Below are positions 38,893 through 50,636 of a DNA stretch of 64,000 nucleotides, piece after piece (within the stretch, counting starts at the first letter, position 1; the number at the start of each line of letters is the position of its first letter). Under the pieces are notes generated by a model. It was not told where the DNA came from. It saw only the letters and a list, made by a program, of their open reading frames with translations, and ran no database searches. Both the position numbers and the translations under genes were made by a program. Origin of the DNA: Oligoflexales bacterium (GTDB lineage: Bacteria > Bdellovibrionota_B > Oligoflexia > Oligoflexales > RGVZ01); assembly GCA_947468665.1 (NCBI GenBank), contig CANILH010000001.1:23683-87682 (forward strand). The letters run 5' to 3'.

Positions 38893-41487
38893 ATGCGTTA
38901 CCGACTTTCCAATGGAATGGAATTTGTTCTTTGCCCGCGAGTGGGAGCTAACGTTGTGTCAGTTCAGTGTGTGGTTTGGGCGGGGTCTCTCGACGAAATG
39001 ACCCATGAACGCGGAGTGGCTCACTACCTTGAGCATATGCTCTTTAAAGGAACGGAGTCCCGGGGTGTAGGGCAGATAGCCTCCCTTGTAGAGGGGGCTG
39101 GCGGTGACATAAATGCGTATACAACTTTTGACAAGACCGTATTTTATCTGACGCTTCCAGCCGGCGAGGCGAAACTTGGCTTTGACGTACTCTCTGACGC
39201 GATTTTCTCGAGTTCATTTGACGGTGAGGAATTCAGGCGCGAAAAAGAGGTTATTTTGGAGGAAATAAGGCGGGGCAACGATGACCCGGGTGGACAAATT
39301 GGGCGAAAAATCTTCGCGGACATGTATGCGGGTACCGAAGCGGGCCGACCGATTATTGGCTATAGTGAGGAAGTTAAAGAATTTACCCGTGAGACGTTAG
39401 TCGATTTTTGGACGCGTTGGTACCGTCCGGAGAACATGTCTTTGGTTGTTGTGGGACAGATTTCAGAGGGTGACGCGATGGCGCTTGCCGAGAGTTATTT
39501 TGGTCAAAGAGCCCGGAAAGGCCCCGTCAATACCCGGTCAGGAAGTGGCCGACACGGTGGAATCCGTAGAGTGGCTGCAAAAGAGGTGCGGGCCGTTATT
39601 ATTGACGGCGACTTCGAGCAAACTCGCCTGGATATTGCGATTGGCGCTCCGGCAGTCGACAGGCCAGACTGTGCGCTAATAGATACCGCAGCGTATATTC
39701 TTGGCGGCAGCGAGGTCTCTCGTCTGCAGCGAAGGTTAAAGGAGAAAGAGGCGATTGTGAACGCGGTTGGGGCATCTGCTTACACGCCCACGTTTGAGGG
39801 CGTGTTTGAACTGAGTGCCGCTCTCGAGCCTGGACATTTTGCTGCCGCGCTGAAGTCTATGGGGCGGGAGTTGGCTCTTTTGATGGGCTCTGAACCGGCA
39901 ACTAATCAAGAGATAGAACGAGCCAGAGCCGCGTCACGAATTGGGCGCATACACCGCGAAGAAACGGTAGATGGTGTCGCGAGGGCGCTTGTCTCCGGGC
40001 TGGCAACATCGATGAAAGAGAAGTTTGAGGGCATCTATGATGGTCTTTTAAATGATTTCAAGCCTGAAGATTTGACTCTTGCTCTTCAGAGAGAATGGGA
40101 TCTTGGCTCGGCTCTTATTGTTGTCTTATGCGATAAGGGGCAGCGTCCAAATGAGGCGGATCTTATCAGGGCGTTTAAAGACGGTGTCTCGGAGGGCCAA
40201 AAGAAAGTCGGTAAGAAGATGGGCGGGACGTTATCTTCAAAGCCCGCGGTGATCACCCATAAATTTAATATTGGAAATGGCATTCCCGTTGTTTACCGTC
40301 AGATTCCCGACGCGAGGATGTTCAGTATCGCGGCCGCGACAGAAGGCGGTCTCAGGGGCGAAGACATCTCGACAGCTGGAACATTTCACGCGACCGCCAC
40401 TTTGCTGGGTCTTGCCACAAAAAGTAAGACCTATGACGTGTTCTCTGGAAGAATCGAGGACATGGGCACTGTGCTAGGGGGATTTAGCGGTAAAGACAGC
40501 CTGGGTTTTGAGATGCACTGTACGGAAGACCAGGTTGAGGAAATGACTAAATACCTTGCGGAGGCGATGCTTGAGCCGGCGTTTCCGGCAGAGCAGTGGG
40601 AATCCTATCGGAGAGAGACACTAGAGTCCCTGAAGCTTCAACAAGACAGCGCATCTTGGATTTGTATGCGCAGGCTTCATCAAGAGGTCTACGGCCGGCA
40701 TCCCTATTCTTTGCCGATCTCAGGCATTGAGAAGACGATCAAACAATTCTCGGCCAAGGCCTTAGAGCAATCATTTGAGACATGGCGGGATAGTGGCCCC
40801 TGGGTGTTTTCTGTCGCCGGGGGGGCTAACCCAGAAGCAGTGCAGAGAAATTTGACGGCGGCCTTTAGTGGTTTTCGTCCTGAAAATAAAAGAAGGCGAT
40901 TCACCGGAAAAGTGACCGAGGATCTGAAAAGTCTCGGTATTCCCGAAAGCCCTCGTCGCAAGCAGGAACAGGCTCATATCGCTTTAGCTGGAGCAGGCCC
41001 CAAATGGGGTGATAGCGGTCGGGCGGCCGTCGACGTGCTTATAAATATTCTCGGTGGACATGGTGGAAGGCTTTTTACGACGCTGCGTGATCAGGAAAGC
41101 TTGGCATACTCGGTGTCTCCTCTCCACTCGCAAGGAATGTTTGGCGGAATGATTGGAGCTTATATCGCGACAGCTACAGATAAGGTCGATCAGGCGTGCG
41201 CCGGCCTGGATAGGGAGCTGCTTAAAATTTCTACAGAGGGTCCTACTGAGGATGAAATCACAAGATCCAAAGCATATATCCTCGGAAGTCATGTGGTCGG
41301 CCTTCAAAGAACAAGCTCCCAGGCAATGACCATGGCTTTGATGGAGCTGTATGGCATGGGGTGGAATGATTTTGAGACTTATCCGGATCTAATCCGCGGC
41401 GTCACTGCTACCGAGATCAAAAAAATCGCTGCGCAATATTTTGAGCCGTCTGCAATGAAGCGCATCGTAGTCGGCAGCCGGGGCTGA
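38893..41487 (+). CDS. Zinc protease of the M16 (pitrilysin) family, two M16 units fused (864 aa)
   Basis: Inverted zinc motif HYLEHMLFKGT (HxxEH) in the N-terminal half. The second half lacks it, which is typical of the non-catalytic M16 partner. Confidence 0.85.
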   Translation: MRYRLSNGMEFVLCPRVGANVVSVQCVVWAGSLDEMTHERGVAHYLEHMLFKGTESRGVGQIASLVEGAGGDINAYTTFDKTVFYLTLPAGEAKLGFDVLSDAIFSSSFDGEEFRREKEVILEEIRRGNDDPGGQIGRKIFADMYAGTEAGRPIIGYSEEVKEFTRETLVDFWTRWYRPENMSLVVVGQISEGDAMALAESYFGQRARKGPVNTRSGSGRHGGIRRVAAKEVRAVIIDGDFEQTRLDIAIGAPAVDRPDCALIDTAAYILGGSEVSRLQRRLKEKEAIVNAVGASAYTPTFEGVFELSAALEPGHFAAALKSMGRELALLMGSEPATNQEIERARAASRIGRIHREETVDGVARALVSGLATSMKEKFEGIYDGLLNDFKPEDLTLALQREWDLGSALIVVLCDKGQRPNEADLIRAFKDGVSEGQKKVGKKMGGTLSSKPAVITHKFNIGNGIPVVYRQIPDARMFSIAAATEGGLRGEDISTAGTFHATATLLGLATKSKTYDVFSGRIEDMGTVLGGFSGKDSLGFEMHCTEDQVEEMTKYLAEAMLEPAFPAEQWESYRRETLESLKLQQDSASWICMRRLHQEVYGRHPYSLPISGIEKTIKQFSAKALEQSFETWRDSGPWVFSVAGGANPEAVQRNLTAAFSGFRPENKRRRFTGKVTEDLKSLGIPESPRRKQEQAHIALAGAGPKWGDSGRAAVDVLINILGGHGGRLFTTLRDQESLAYSVSPLHSQGMFGGMIGAYIATATDKVDQACAGLDRELLKISTEGPTEDEITRSKAYILGSHVVGLQRTSSQAMTMALMELYGMGWNDFETYPDLIRGVTATEIKKIAAQYFEPSAMKRIVVGSRG

Positions 41488-41559
41488 TATTGTTTTTTAA
41501 AATAGCGCCTAATATGTTAGAATAACTGACTGAAATCAAATCTCGGTCAGGAGATCGTT

Positions 41560-42225
41560 ATGAAACTTTGTCATAGGCTTTTTCAATCATCTGTAGGCGC
41601 GAAGATGCTTATGGCCATTACGGGTCTAATGCTCACAGGGTTTGTCCTAGTGCATATGTCGGGCAATTTAATTTTGTACGCGGGCCCTGAGAAATTCAAC
41701 GCTTACGCCCACGGCATAAAATCACTTGGCGCATTGCTTTGGCTTATGAGAGGCGGCCTCTTAGCGACATTCGTCCTTCACGTTTACCTGGCCATCAAAC
41801 TTACAATTGAAAATAAGGCTGCCCGACCTGTGCCTTATGCTTACGAGGCGACCATTCAGGCCACAGCGGCGTCGAGATTTATGATTCACACCGGGCTGAT
41901 GATGCTTGTGTTCGTGATTTATCACCTGGCTCATTACACGTTTAAAATCGTTAGCCCCGAGATATCGGCACTTGCCCCTGGTGATGCCTACGCGATGGTT
42001 GTGACTGGATTTTCTTCTCCGGCGGTTAGTGGTTTTTATATCCTGGCGATGGCAGCACTCAGCGCGCATTTAAGGCACGGAGTCTCCAGCCTTTTCCAGA
42101 GTCTTGGCCTTTATCACGGCAACCTAAATCCAATTACTGAAAAATTGGGACCGATTGTCGCGAGTATTGTCTTTTTTGGCTTTTCAAGCATTCCACTCGC
42201 GGTTCTCATGGGCGCAATAAAATAG
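41560..42225 (+). CDS. sdhC: Succinate dehydrogenase / fumarate reductase dihaem cytochrome b subunit (type B, single 5-TM anchor)
   Basis: 221 aa with five hydrophobic helices bearing His residues (VLVHMSGN, FVLHVYLA, IYHLAHY, LSAHLRHG). It lies upstream of sdhA-sdhB in C-A-B order. Confidence 0.8.
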   Translation: MKLCHRLFQSSVGAKMLMAITGLMLTGFVLVHMSGNLILYAGPEKFNAYAHGIKSLGALLWLMRGGLLATFVLHVYLAIKLTIENKAARPVPYAYEATIQATAASRFMIHTGLMMLVFVIYHLAHYTFKIVSPEISALAPGDAYAMVVTGFSSPAVSGFYILAMAALSAHLRHGVSSLFQSLGLYHGNLNPITEKLGPIVASIVFFGFSSIPLAVLMGAIK

Positions 42226-42273
42226 GCGGTTCGACTTAACGGACAAAAATTCTAAATCAAATCGGAGCTAACG

Positions 42274-44187
42274 ATGAATCTCGACGCAAAAATCCCCTCG
42301 GGGCCTCTGGAAGAAAAATGGGAAAAGCATAAGTTTGATATGAAACTTATAAATCCGGCTAACCGCAGAAAATACGACGTAATTGTTGTCGGAAGCGGTC
42401 TAGCAGGAGCATCAGCCGCCGCGACACTTGGCGGACTCGGATATAACGTCAGCTGTTTTTGCTTTCAAGATAGCCCGAGACGCGCGCACTCAATTGCCGC
42501 GCAGGGAGGCATCAACGCGGCCAAAAACTATCAGGGTGATGGCGATTCCGTGCACAGGCTTTTCTATGACACGATTAAAGGCGGCGACTTTCGGGCCAGA
42601 GAGGCGAACGTTCACCGCCTCGCGGAAGTGAGTCGCAACATCATCGACCAATGTGTAGCCCAGGGAGTGCCCTTTGCCCGTGATTATGGCGGACTTCTTG
42701 ATAACCGCTCTTTTGGCGGAGCCCAGGTAAGCCGCACATTTTATGCCAGGGGACAGACAGGACAGCAGCTTTTACTGGGTGCCTACTCCGCTTTAAATCG
42801 CGAAATTAGTCGAGGCACCGTAAAAATGTATTCCAGAAAGGAAATGCTGGAAGTTGTTCTTGTCGACGGCAAGGCAAGGGGCATTGTGGTGCGAGATCTT
42901 GTGACTGGTGAGATCGCGTCCCACGCGGGGCATGCGGTAATACTTGCGACCGGTGGCTACGGTAATGTTTTTTATCTTTCCACAAACGCCAAGGGCTGTA
43001 ATGTAACGGCCACCTGGCGCGCCCACAAAAAAGGCGCTGGCTTCGCCAATCCCTGTTACACGCAAGTTCACCCGACATGTATTCCGGTGAGTGGTGACTA
43101 TCAGTCAAAATTGACACTTATGTCGGAATCTTTGCGAAATGACGGCCGTGTTTGGGTCCCCAAAAAACTTGGCGACACTAGACCACCAGACCAAATTTCC
43201 GAAGAGGAGCGGGATTATTATCTGGAGAGGAAATACCCCAGCTTTGGAAACCTCGCACCAAGAGACATCGCGTCAAGATCCGCTAAAGAGGCGTGTGACG
43301 CTGGACGTGGCGTAGGTCCCGGAGGCCTTGGAGTTTATCTTGATTTCGCCGACGCGATAAAGCGCGTCGGCGAGGACGCAATTAAAAAGAAATATGGCAA
43401 TCTTTTTCACATGTATAAAAAAATTACGGCGGAGAACCCATATAAGTCACCCATGCGGATTTACCCTGCGGTGCACTACACCATGGGGGGTCTTTGGGTC
43501 GACTATAATCTCATGAGCAACATCCCAGGATTATTTGTTCTTGGAGAGGCCAATTTCTCTGACCACGGAGCAAACCGCCTTGGGGCGTCGGCTCTTATGC
43601 AGGGTCTTGCTGACGGCTATTTCGTCATTCCATATACACTGCCAAATTACTTCGCTAACGAAAAGTTTGAAAAAGTCACCAATAGCGATCAAGCCTTTAA
43701 GGAGGCCGAAGGGGTAGTGTCTGAAGGCTCGAAAAAATTCCTCTCCATCAAGGGATCGAGATCCGTTAATAGCTTCCACAAAGAACTCGGCAAGATAATG
43801 TGGGACAAATGTGGAATGGCGCGGACCAAAGCCGGCCTTGAGGAGGCCCTCGTGAAAATTCCTAAGCTTCGTGACGAGTTCTGGCAAAATTTGAAAGTAC
43901 TTGGCGGGAATGAAAGTTTAAATCAGTCTCTTGAGAGGGCCGGCCGCGTGGCCGACTTCCTGGAGTTTGGTGAACTCATGTGCCAGGATGCCCTGCATCG
44001 TGAGGAGAGCTGTGGCGGACACTTTAGAACAGAGCACCAAACAGAAGACGGAGAAGCAAAACGAGATGACGGCAATTTTTGTTATGTCGGTGTTTGGGAA
44101 AATAAGGGAGTGGGAAAGAAGGCGGAGCTCCACAAGGAGACTCTCCAGTTTGAGAACGTAAAACTCGCCACAAGGAGCTATAAATAA
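42274..44187 (+). CDS. sdhA: Succinate dehydrogenase / fumarate reductase flavoprotein subunit
   Basis: [12 protein letters not shown] (FAD dinucleotide fold), [12 protein letters not shown] (covalent-FAD His region), [10 protein letters not shown] and ESCGGHFR. 637 aa. Confidence 0.95.
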   Translation: MNLDAKIPSGPLEEKWEKHKFDMKLINPANRRKYDVIVVGSGLAGASAAATLGGLGYNVSCFCFQDSPRRAHSIAAQGGINAAKNYQGDGDSVHRLFYDTIKGGDFRAREANVHRLAEVSRNIIDQCVAQGVPFARDYGGLLDNRSFGGAQVSRTFYARGQTGQQLLLGAYSALNREISRGTVKMYSRKEMLEVVLVDGKARGIVVRDLVTGEIASHAGHAVILATGGYGNVFYLSTNAKGCNVTATWRAHKKGAGFANPCYTQVHPTCIPVSGDYQSKLTLMSESLRNDGRVWVPKKLGDTRPPDQISEEERDYYLERKYPSFGNLAPRDIASRSAKEACDAGRGVGPGGLGVYLDFADAIKRVGEDAIKKKYGNLFHMYKKITAENPYKSPMRIYPAVHYTMGGLWVDYNLMSNIPGLFVLGEANFSDHGANRLGASALMQGLADGYFVIPYTLPNYFANEKFEKVTNSDQAFKEAEGVVSEGSKKFLSIKGSRSVNSFHKELGKIMWDKCGMARTKAGLEEALVKIPKLRDEFWQNLKVLGGNESLNQSLERAGRVADFLEFGELMCQDALHREESCGGHFRTEHQTEDGEAKRDDGNFCYVGVWENKGVGKKAELHKETLQFENVKLATRSYK

Positions 44188-44960
44188 TGGACATTACATT
44201 GCATGTTTGGCGTCAAAAAAACGCCAAATCCCAGGGTAAAATGGAAGTTATTGAGGGCAAAAATATTAGCGAGGATTCGTCGTTTCTTGAAATGCTCGAT
44301 ACGGTCAATGAGACGCTGCAGGAATCCGGCGTGGAGCCTATTGCCTTTGATCATGACTGTAGAGAGGGTATTTGCGGAATGTGCTCGCTTGTTATTAATG
44401 GTGAGCCGCACGGCCCTGAGTACGGCACAACAACGTGCCAACTTCACATGCGAAGTTTTAAAAACGGACAGCATATTTTCATTGAGCCGTGGCGGGCAAA
44501 GGCCTTTCCTATTTTAAGAGATCTGATTGTAGACCGGGGGGCGTTTGACCGCATTCAACAGGCAGGTGGCTTTGTAAGTGTTAACGTGGGATCCCCACAA
44601 GATGCCAACTGTATCCCAGTTCCAAAACAAGATGCCGATAAGGCGTTTGACGCCGCCGTTTGCATTGGATGCGGAGCCTGTGTCGCCGCCTGCAAAAACG
44701 CCTCCCCAATGCTATTTGTGGCGGCTAAAGTCAGTCAACTAAGTCTGCTGCCCCAAGGAAAACCAGAGCGCGAAAAAAGAGTTCTGGCGATGGTTGATCA
44801 AATGAAGGCCGAGGGCTTTGGTAACTGTACCAATCAGTATGAGTGCGAGGCCGCATGCCCGAAAGAGATTTCCGTCGAACATATCGCCAGAATGAATCGA
44901 GAGTATTTCAGGGCCGCTGCCCTTGAGGAGTCCCCTAAGGAAGGACACGGCGGGGAGTAG
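44187..44960 (+). CDS. sdhB: Succinate dehydrogenase / fumarate reductase iron-sulfur subunit
   Basis: Cys clusters [21 protein letters not shown] and [18 protein letters not shown] overlap with sdhA. Confidence 0.93.
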   Translation: MDITLHVWRQKNAKSQGKMEVIEGKNISEDSSFLEMLDTVNETLQESGVEPIAFDHDCREGICGMCSLVINGEPHGPEYGTTTCQLHMRSFKNGQHIFIEPWRAKAFPILRDLIVDRGAFDRIQQAGGFVSVNVGSPQDANCIPVPKQDADKAFDAAVCIGCGACVAACKNASPMLFVAAKVSQLSLLPQGKPEREKRVLAMVDQMKAEGFGNCTNQYECEAACPKEISVEHIARMNREYFRAAALEESPKEGHGGE

Positions 44961-44997
44961 TGCCCGCGCCCTTTCAGGGGCATTGTTAAATCTTTGT

Positions 44998-45025
44998 AAA
45001 GCCGCGGGGAAGCCGCGGCTTTTTA
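44998..45025 (+). terminator. Rho-independent terminator after sdhB
   Basis: aaagccgcgg / ccgcggcttt stem with loop ggaag, followed by TTTTAT. Confidence 0.75.
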
Positions 45026-45036
45026 TCGTCTAGACG

Positions 45037-45066
45037 TTGACAATCCGGCCTTCGATGGACGATAAG
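45037..45066 (+). promoter_or_regulatory. Possible sigma-70 promoter for purSQLF (TTGACA-18 nt-GATAAG)
   Basis: Perfect -35 TTGACA at 45037-45042 and a 4/6 -10 at 45061-45066, about 45 nt upstream of the purS ATG. Confidence 0.35.
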
Positions 45067-45112
45067 TAGACTTGTGAATCGTGCTTGATCCTTACCGGGG
45101 GAGGGCTTTTTG

Positions 45113-45355
45113 ATGGATTTCGAAGTGCTGGTCCAGTTAAAAGGCGAAGTTCTTGATCCAGAGGGTCGAGCCATTGAGGAAACTCTCAGAGCTCAGGGCA
45201 TAGATGACGTCGCGGGTGTTTTCGTCGCCAAGCGCTATGTCGTGTCTTTTGCCAAAGACACAAAAAATCCAGACAAGTTAATTCAAGAAATCGCGGCGAG
45301 CTATCTCGCTAACCCAGTCTCGCAGACTTTCAAAGTTAAAAGGCTCGAGTCATGA
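45113..45355 (+). CDS. purS: Phosphoribosylformylglycinamide (FGAM) synthase subunit PurS
   Basis: 80 aa. MDFEVLVQLKGEVLDPEGRAIEETL is the classic PurS N-terminus. GGGGGAGGG RBS. ATG 45113 is preferred over TTG 45110. Confidence 0.9.
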   Translation: MDFEVLVQLKGEVLDPEGRAIEETLRAQGIDDVAGVFVAKRYVVSFAKDTKNPDKLIQEIAASYLANPVSQTFKVKRLES

Positions 45356-46038
45356 GCTCGCGAATCTCACCATCGGGCAAACTTCGGGTGGGAGTGCTTC
45401 AATTTCCCGGCTCTAACTGTGATGCTGACTGCGTTGACACATTAAAAAGACATTTTGAGATCAACGCCGTGCGGGTCTGGCATCAGGAGGCGTCCTTGCC
45501 GGGTCTTGACGCGATTATAATCCCGGGTGGTTTTAGCTTTGGAGATTATTTGAGGTCGGGCGCCCTGGCCGCGCACGCCCCTATAATGCGGGATGTAAAG
45601 CAGTTTGCCTCGCGTGGTGGCTCGGTTCTCGGCATTTGCAACGGCTTTCAGATTTTGGTTGAAAGCCAAATGCTGCCGGGTGCTTTACTGCATAACACGT
45701 CGCTTTCTTTTGTGTGCAAGACCGTACACTTGCGAGAGGCGAATGGAACAGTTTTAAAGATGCCCATCGCCCATGGTGAGGGGAGGTACTGGATCGATGA
45801 GCGGGGCTTAGCCGAGATGGAGGATTCTGGGCTGATCGCGTATCAGTACTCAAACCCGTTAGGTAGTATCTCGTTGGACTTTAATCCGAATGGTTCGGTA
45901 GCCAATATCGCCGGGGTCATGTCTCATAATAAAAAAATTCTTGGAATGATGCCCCATCCAGAGCGGGCTACTGATGTTGTTATGGGTGGATCAGACGATG
46001 GTCTTACGGTATGGCGATCTTTTCTCGGCCGCATTTAA
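45352..46038 (+). CDS. purQ: FGAM synthase glutaminase subunit PurQ
   Basis: VGVLQFPGSNCD, nucleophile GICNGFQIL, and MPHPER (His/Glu of the triad). Confidence 0.94.
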   Translation: MSSRISPSGKLRVGVLQFPGSNCDADCVDTLKRHFEINAVRVWHQEASLPGLDAIIIPGGFSFGDYLRSGALAAHAPIMRDVKQFASRGGSVLGICNGFQILVESQMLPGALLHNTSLSFVCKTVHLREANGTVLKMPIAHGEGRYWIDERGLAEMEDSGLIAYQYSNPLGSISLDFNPNGSVANIAGVMSHNKKILGMMPHPERATDVVMGGSDDGLTVWRSFLGRI

Positions 46039-46083
46039 TCAACAGCCTTTTCATCGAAGTGATTTAACAACGGAGTCTTCGGT

Positions 46084-48405
46084 ATGTCAATGATGATGTC
46101 TTTGAAAGACGCTGCCGAGGCGGCGCGCTGCAGTGCCGCCCAGCCGATTCCATCGGGGGACTCGGCGGCTCTTGCGGAACTTCTTAAAAGCCACAAAATA
46201 AGTTCAGACGAATTCCAAAAAATAAAACAAATAAAAGGGGCAACGCCAAGTCTCACAGAGCTTGGCGTATTTTCAGCCATGTGGTCGGAGCATTGTAGTT
46301 ATAAAAGCTCAAGAGTTCATCTAAAGAGATTTCCCACGACAGGCGCTAACGTCGTCGTGGGTCCTGGCGAAAACGCCGGCGTGGTGAGGCTTGAGGGCAG
46401 TATATGTCTGGCGTTCAAAATGGAGAGTCACAATCACCCGAGTTATATCGAGCCATATCAGGGTGCGGCGACAGGTGTCGGGGGGATTTTAAGGGATGTT
46501 TTTTGTATGGGGGCCAGGCCGTTCGCCAATCTTAATTGCCTTCGTTTCGGAGAAAGGGAACATCCGCGCACGCCTTACCTGGTGCCTCGCGTCGTAAAGG
46601 GCATTGGAGATTACGGCAATTGTGTTGGAGTTCCAACTGTGGGCGGAAGTGTTTCGTACGACAAAAGTTACAACGGAAATTGTCTTGTGAACGCGATGAC
46701 CGTAGGTCTGATTCGAGACGATAAAATATTTAAAGGTTATGCCACGGGTGTAGGAAATCTAGTTGTTTATGTTGGAAGCGCCACTGGACGCGACGGGATT
46801 CACGGCGCGACAATGGCGTCGGACTCATTTGCGGCGTCTACCGATAATTCCAAAACGACCGTACAGGTTGGAGATCCCTTCGCCGAGAAATTATTGCTCG
46901 AGGCGACGCTTGAGGTTCTAGAGAAAAATTTGGTTGTTGGAATTCAGGACATGGGTGCTGCCGGACTTACATCATCGGCCTTTGAAATGGCTGGCCGGGC
47001 GGGTAATGGGGTATATCTGAACCTGGATTTCGTACCAGTACGTGCGAAACAAATGACCGCGTATGAAATTATGCTTTCAGAGAGTCAAGAGCGCATGCTC
47101 ATGGTTGTCGAACCTGGAAAGTGGGATTCCCTTAAAGAAGTACTCGAAAAATGGCGGCTCGCGCACGCTATTATAGGTGTCGTCACTGATAGTGGGCGGA
47201 TGTTGATTTCATCCCGTGGGATTTTAGAGATCAATCTGCCAGTGGCGCCTCTGACCGATGACGCGCCAGTCTATAACAAACCCATGACTTCGCGGGTGGA
47301 AAGGGTTCGTGCCTCTGAGGCGCTGGAAAGTCTTGAGGCTAATTTGAACTCTAACCTAGATCTTGCGCGGAAGACAGCGGTTGGCGCGCTCAAAGACACG
47401 GGATCCAAGCAAAAAATATACGAGCAATTCGATCGCCATATTGGAGCGAGGACCGTCATGGGCCCAGACCACGGGGGAGCCGCCGTAATGTGGATTCGGA
47501 CCGAGGAGACAAAAAACGCGCCCTATCTTGGCGTGGCAATTGCGGCGGGTTGTAATGAGCGCCGTGTTAAAAACACGCCTTTGATCGGCGCGGCAGAGGC
47601 GGTTTTATCCCAGGTAAGACAAATATTCGCAGCCGGAGGAAAACCTCTTGCTGTCACCGACTGTCTAAATTTCGGCAGCGCCGATGACCCGGATGTCATG
47701 CGCGAATTTAGTGATAGTGTTGACGGAATCTCAAGGGCATGTGAGGAGCTGGGCATTCCGGTAGTAAGTGGAAACGTCAGTCTTTACAATTCTACGGACG
47801 GGGTCAGTATTTATCCCACGCCGATGATAGGTGTTGTGGGTCGCGTTGATGATATCAGGCGCGTTACACCGGCCCGGTTGATTGATGCTAAGGACTTAAG
47901 TTTATATATAATGTCTTCAAGCGTGGGAACTGTGTCGAAGCCATCTTTCGTCGCGAGTCTCGCCGCGAAATTTAACAACATTCCGGCAACGGAGGGATTA
48001 CTTGACGAAATCTCCTGGGGTCAGGAGCTTGGTGCAGGCAGGTGTCTTGAGGAGCTGCGTGGCGCGGATCTTTTAAAAGCTGCGAGAGATGTTCACGTCG
48101 GCGGGGCTGGGATCACGGTGTTAAAAATGACTGCCGATCTTCTGGGTGAGAAGCCCAGTCTTGACTTGAGATTTTCCGGAAGTCTGGAATTTTTTGGGGA
48201 AGGTGGCCCCCGATATATTTTGGCTTTGGACAAGTCTCAGGCAAAAATGGCCGAGGTAATTGTAACGAGACATTCTATGAAGTTGTCGTTGGCCGCGCAG
48301 CTTACATTTGATCAGTCCAATGAAGTCAAAACCTACTTCGGGACAATTCCGGCCACGGAATTTTCCAGGGCTTTTAAATCATCACAGCCAATAGGGAACT
48401 ACTAA
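46084..48405 (+). CDS. purL: FGAM synthase subunit PurL (small-PurL type)
   Basis: 773 aa. [18 protein letters not shown] and the AIR-synthase-like repeats. Confidence 0.95.
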   Translation: MSMMMSLKDAAEAARCSAAQPIPSGDSAALAELLKSHKISSDEFQKIKQIKGATPSLTELGVFSAMWSEHCSYKSSRVHLKRFPTTGANVVVGPGENAGVVRLEGSICLAFKMESHNHPSYIEPYQGAATGVGGILRDVFCMGARPFANLNCLRFGEREHPRTPYLVPRVVKGIGDYGNCVGVPTVGGSVSYDKSYNGNCLVNAMTVGLIRDDKIFKGYATGVGNLVVYVGSATGRDGIHGATMASDSFAASTDNSKTTVQVGDPFAEKLLLEATLEVLEKNLVVGIQDMGAAGLTSSAFEMAGRAGNGVYLNLDFVPVRAKQMTAYEIMLSESQERMLMVVEPGKWDSLKEVLEKWRLAHAIIGVVTDSGRMLISSRGILEINLPVAPLTDDAPVYNKPMTSRVERVRASEALESLEANLNSNLDLARKTAVGALKDTGSKQKIYEQFDRHIGARTVMGPDHGGAAVMWIRTEETKNAPYLGVAIAAGCNERRVKNTPLIGAAEAVLSQVRQIFAAGGKPLAVTDCLNFGSADDPDVMREFSDSVDGISRACEELGIPVVSGNVSLYNSTDGVSIYPTPMIGVVGRVDDIRRVTPARLIDAKDLSLYIMSSSVGTVSKPSFVASLAAKFNNIPATEGLLDEISWGQELGAGRCLEELRGADLLKAARDVHVGGAGITVLKMTADLLGEKPSLDLRFSGSLEFFGEGGPRYILALDKSQAKMAEVIVTRHSMKLSLAAQLTFDQSNEVKTYFGTIPATEFSRAFKSSQPIGNY

Positions 48406-48408
48406 ATT

Positions 48409-49866
48409 ATGTTTGACGCATCGACGGATAAACTTCGCGAAGAGTGTGGAGTTGCTGGTATCTACGGCGTCGCGAACGCAAGCAGGCTTTTATATCTTTC
48501 GCTGTTTGCGCTGCAGCATAGAGGCCAGGAGGCGGCGGGGCTTGTTACGTTTGAAAGGGAGGCTGAGACGCCCGACAAGTTAAATATTCATGTCCATAAG
48601 GCTTTTGGACTTGTCGCGGAGAGCGTTGACGAGACGGTTTTGTTCCGGCTGAAAGGGGATTTTGGGGTGGGGCATGTGAGGTATTCGACCGCCGGCGGGG
48701 CTTTGGTAGAGAATATTCAGCCATTTCAGTTTAAAACGGCGCTCGGCGCAGTCGCTATCGCTCATAACGGGAATCTGACAAACGCGCACGAGATCCGTAA
48801 AAATCTTGAAGCAACTGGCTCGGTATTTCAAAGTACCTCAGATACGGAAGTGCTGGTACATCTCATAGCCCGAAGCCAGTCGCTTACTATACGAGAGAGA
48901 ATTGGTGACGCGCTTCGTCAGGTCAAAGGAGCATATTCACTCGCGATCACGACTAAGGACGCGATGTTTGCCGCCAGAGATCCCCGGGGGCTAAGGCCAC
49001 TGGTATTAGGAAAACTAGGGACCGGCTTTGTGGTGGTCAGCGAGACCTGCGCGCTGGACTTAATTGGTGCGGAATTTATACGAGACGTCGCACCCGGCGA
49101 GGTTGTTGAGGTGTCCGGAACCGGGATTTCCTCGTGGTACCCACAGGAGCGGCGGCCTCTCGCATTCTGCAGTTTCGAGCCAATTTATTTCGCGAGGCCG
49201 GACAGTCAATTACATGGGGAGTCGATTTATGTAAGGCGCCGACGAATAGGGGAAGTTCTTGCGGAGGAATGCCCGGCTGAGGGAGACGTTGTCATTCCAA
49301 TTCCCGATAGCGGCATGGCTATGGCAGAAGGATTTGCGTTAAAATCGGGGATTCCAATCGCTATGGGTCTTGTCAGGAATCATTATATCGGCAGGACCTT
49401 CATTCAGCCCAACCAAGCTACGCGCGATTTCGGGGTGCGTTTAAAGCTAAACCCGGTGAAGAGTGTCCTGAGCGGAAAAAGAGTCATTGTGGTGGATGAC
49501 TCTCTGGTCAGAGGCACGACAGCCGCGCGAATTCTTAAAGTGCTGAAAGAAGCGGGCGCCCGAGAGATACATTTCAGGGTGGGGGCACCGCCTATTACCC
49601 ACAGCTGTTTTTACGGGGTAGACACCCCGGAGCGCGGCAGTCTTATGGCCGCCCAAAAAACGGTGGAGGAAATAAGGCGACTTTTGGAGGCAGATAGCCT
49701 TGGCTTTATTTCGTTGCCCGGGTTGCGTAAAGCGCTGGAGGAAACTCCCGGAACATCGTATTGTATGGCCTGTTTTTCGGGCGATTATCCAGAGGATATC
49801 GGAGTTGATGTGCCCAGGCAGGCAACCGATGATAAGGGTCCGGGGTTGTTTTCTCGGGGTGAGTGA
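48409..49866 (+). CDS. purF: Amidophosphoribosyltransferase
   Basis: Ntn Cys in ..REECGVAGIYG. PRPP loop VIVVDDSLVRGTT. C-terminal Cys ligands (CFYGV, CMACFSG) suggest the Fe-S type. Confidence 0.95.
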   Translation: MFDASTDKLREECGVAGIYGVANASRLLYLSLFALQHRGQEAAGLVTFEREAETPDKLNIHVHKAFGLVAESVDETVLFRLKGDFGVGHVRYSTAGGALVENIQPFQFKTALGAVAIAHNGNLTNAHEIRKNLEATGSVFQSTSDTEVLVHLIARSQSLTIRERIGDALRQVKGAYSLAITTKDAMFAARDPRGLRPLVLGKLGTGFVVVSETCALDLIGAEFIRDVAPGEVVEVSGTGISSWYPQERRPLAFCSFEPIYFARPDSQLHGESIYVRRRRIGEVLAEECPAEGDVVIPIPDSGMAMAEGFALKSGIPIAMGLVRNHYIGRTFIQPNQATRDFGVRLKLNPVKSVLSGKRVIVVDDSLVRGTTAARILKVLKEAGAREIHFRVGAPPITHSCFYGVDTPERGSLMAAQKTVEEIRRLLEADSLGFISLPGLRKALEETPGTSYCMACFSGDYPEDIGVDVPRQATDDKGPGLFSRGE

Positions 49867-49898
49867 TGCTCGGTTCCAAACTAGTAGGGGATTATTTT

Positions 49899-50630
49899 AT
49901 GCGTAAAGATGGAAGAACGTCGCGTCAGATGCGACCACTCAGAATTACTCCCGACTTCACAAAAAACGCGACGGCAAGTGTTTTGGTGGAGTTCGGTGAT
50001 ACAAAGGTGCTCTGCACAGCTTTCGCGGAAGACGGAGTGCCGTCTTTTTTACGTCATGCCAGCCCACCGCAGGGATGGCTTACGGCGGAATACTCTATGT
50101 TACCAGGCGCTACTTTATCCCGCTCTAAGCGCGAACGTCAGAATGTAGGAGGTCGTACACAGGAAATTCAGCGCCTCATTGGCAGGTCGTTGCGCGGCGT
50201 AATTGACTTGACAGCCTGTCCCGACGTGACGCTCACCATAGATTGTGACGTTTTGCAGGCGGATGGTGGAACGAGGACAGCCTCAATAACCGGCGCCTAT
50301 GTCGCTTTGAAAATGGCCTGTGATCGGCTTATGCGCTCCGGAAAAATGAAGCGTAATCCTATTACGGATGGCGTTGCCGGTATTTCAATCGGAATCGCCA
50401 AGGGCGATCTTTTGTGTGATTTAAACTATGTGGAAGACAGTAGTGCTGATCTTGACATGAATGTGGTTATTACCCATACCGGGCGCTTCCTTGAGATTCA
50501 GGGCACCGCGGAAAAGGGATCATTCTCGAAAGAGCAAGTCATGGGAATTATGGAGCTGGCTGAGGGTGTGCTGAAGCCGGTGTTCGCCGCGCAAAATCTT
50601 GCGATTGATGGGCAAATTGCCGAGGCGTGA
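49899..50630 (+). CDS. rph: Ribonuclease PH
   Basis: Start moved to ATG 49899: MRKDGRTSRQMRPLRITPDF..ASVLVEFGDTKVLCTA. Also ADGGTRTASITGAYVAL. Confidence 0.93.
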   Translation: MRKDGRTSRQMRPLRITPDFTKNATASVLVEFGDTKVLCTAFAEDGVPSFLRHASPPQGWLTAEYSMLPGATLSRSKRERQNVGGRTQEIQRLIGRSLRGVIDLTACPDVTLTIDCDVLQADGGTRTASITGAYVALKMACDRLMRSGKMKRNPITDGVAGISIGIAKGDLLCDLNYVEDSSADLDMNVVITHTGRFLEIQGTAEKGSFSKEQVMGIMELAEGVLKPVFAAQNLAIDGQIAEA

Positions 50631-50636
50631 GCAGGC

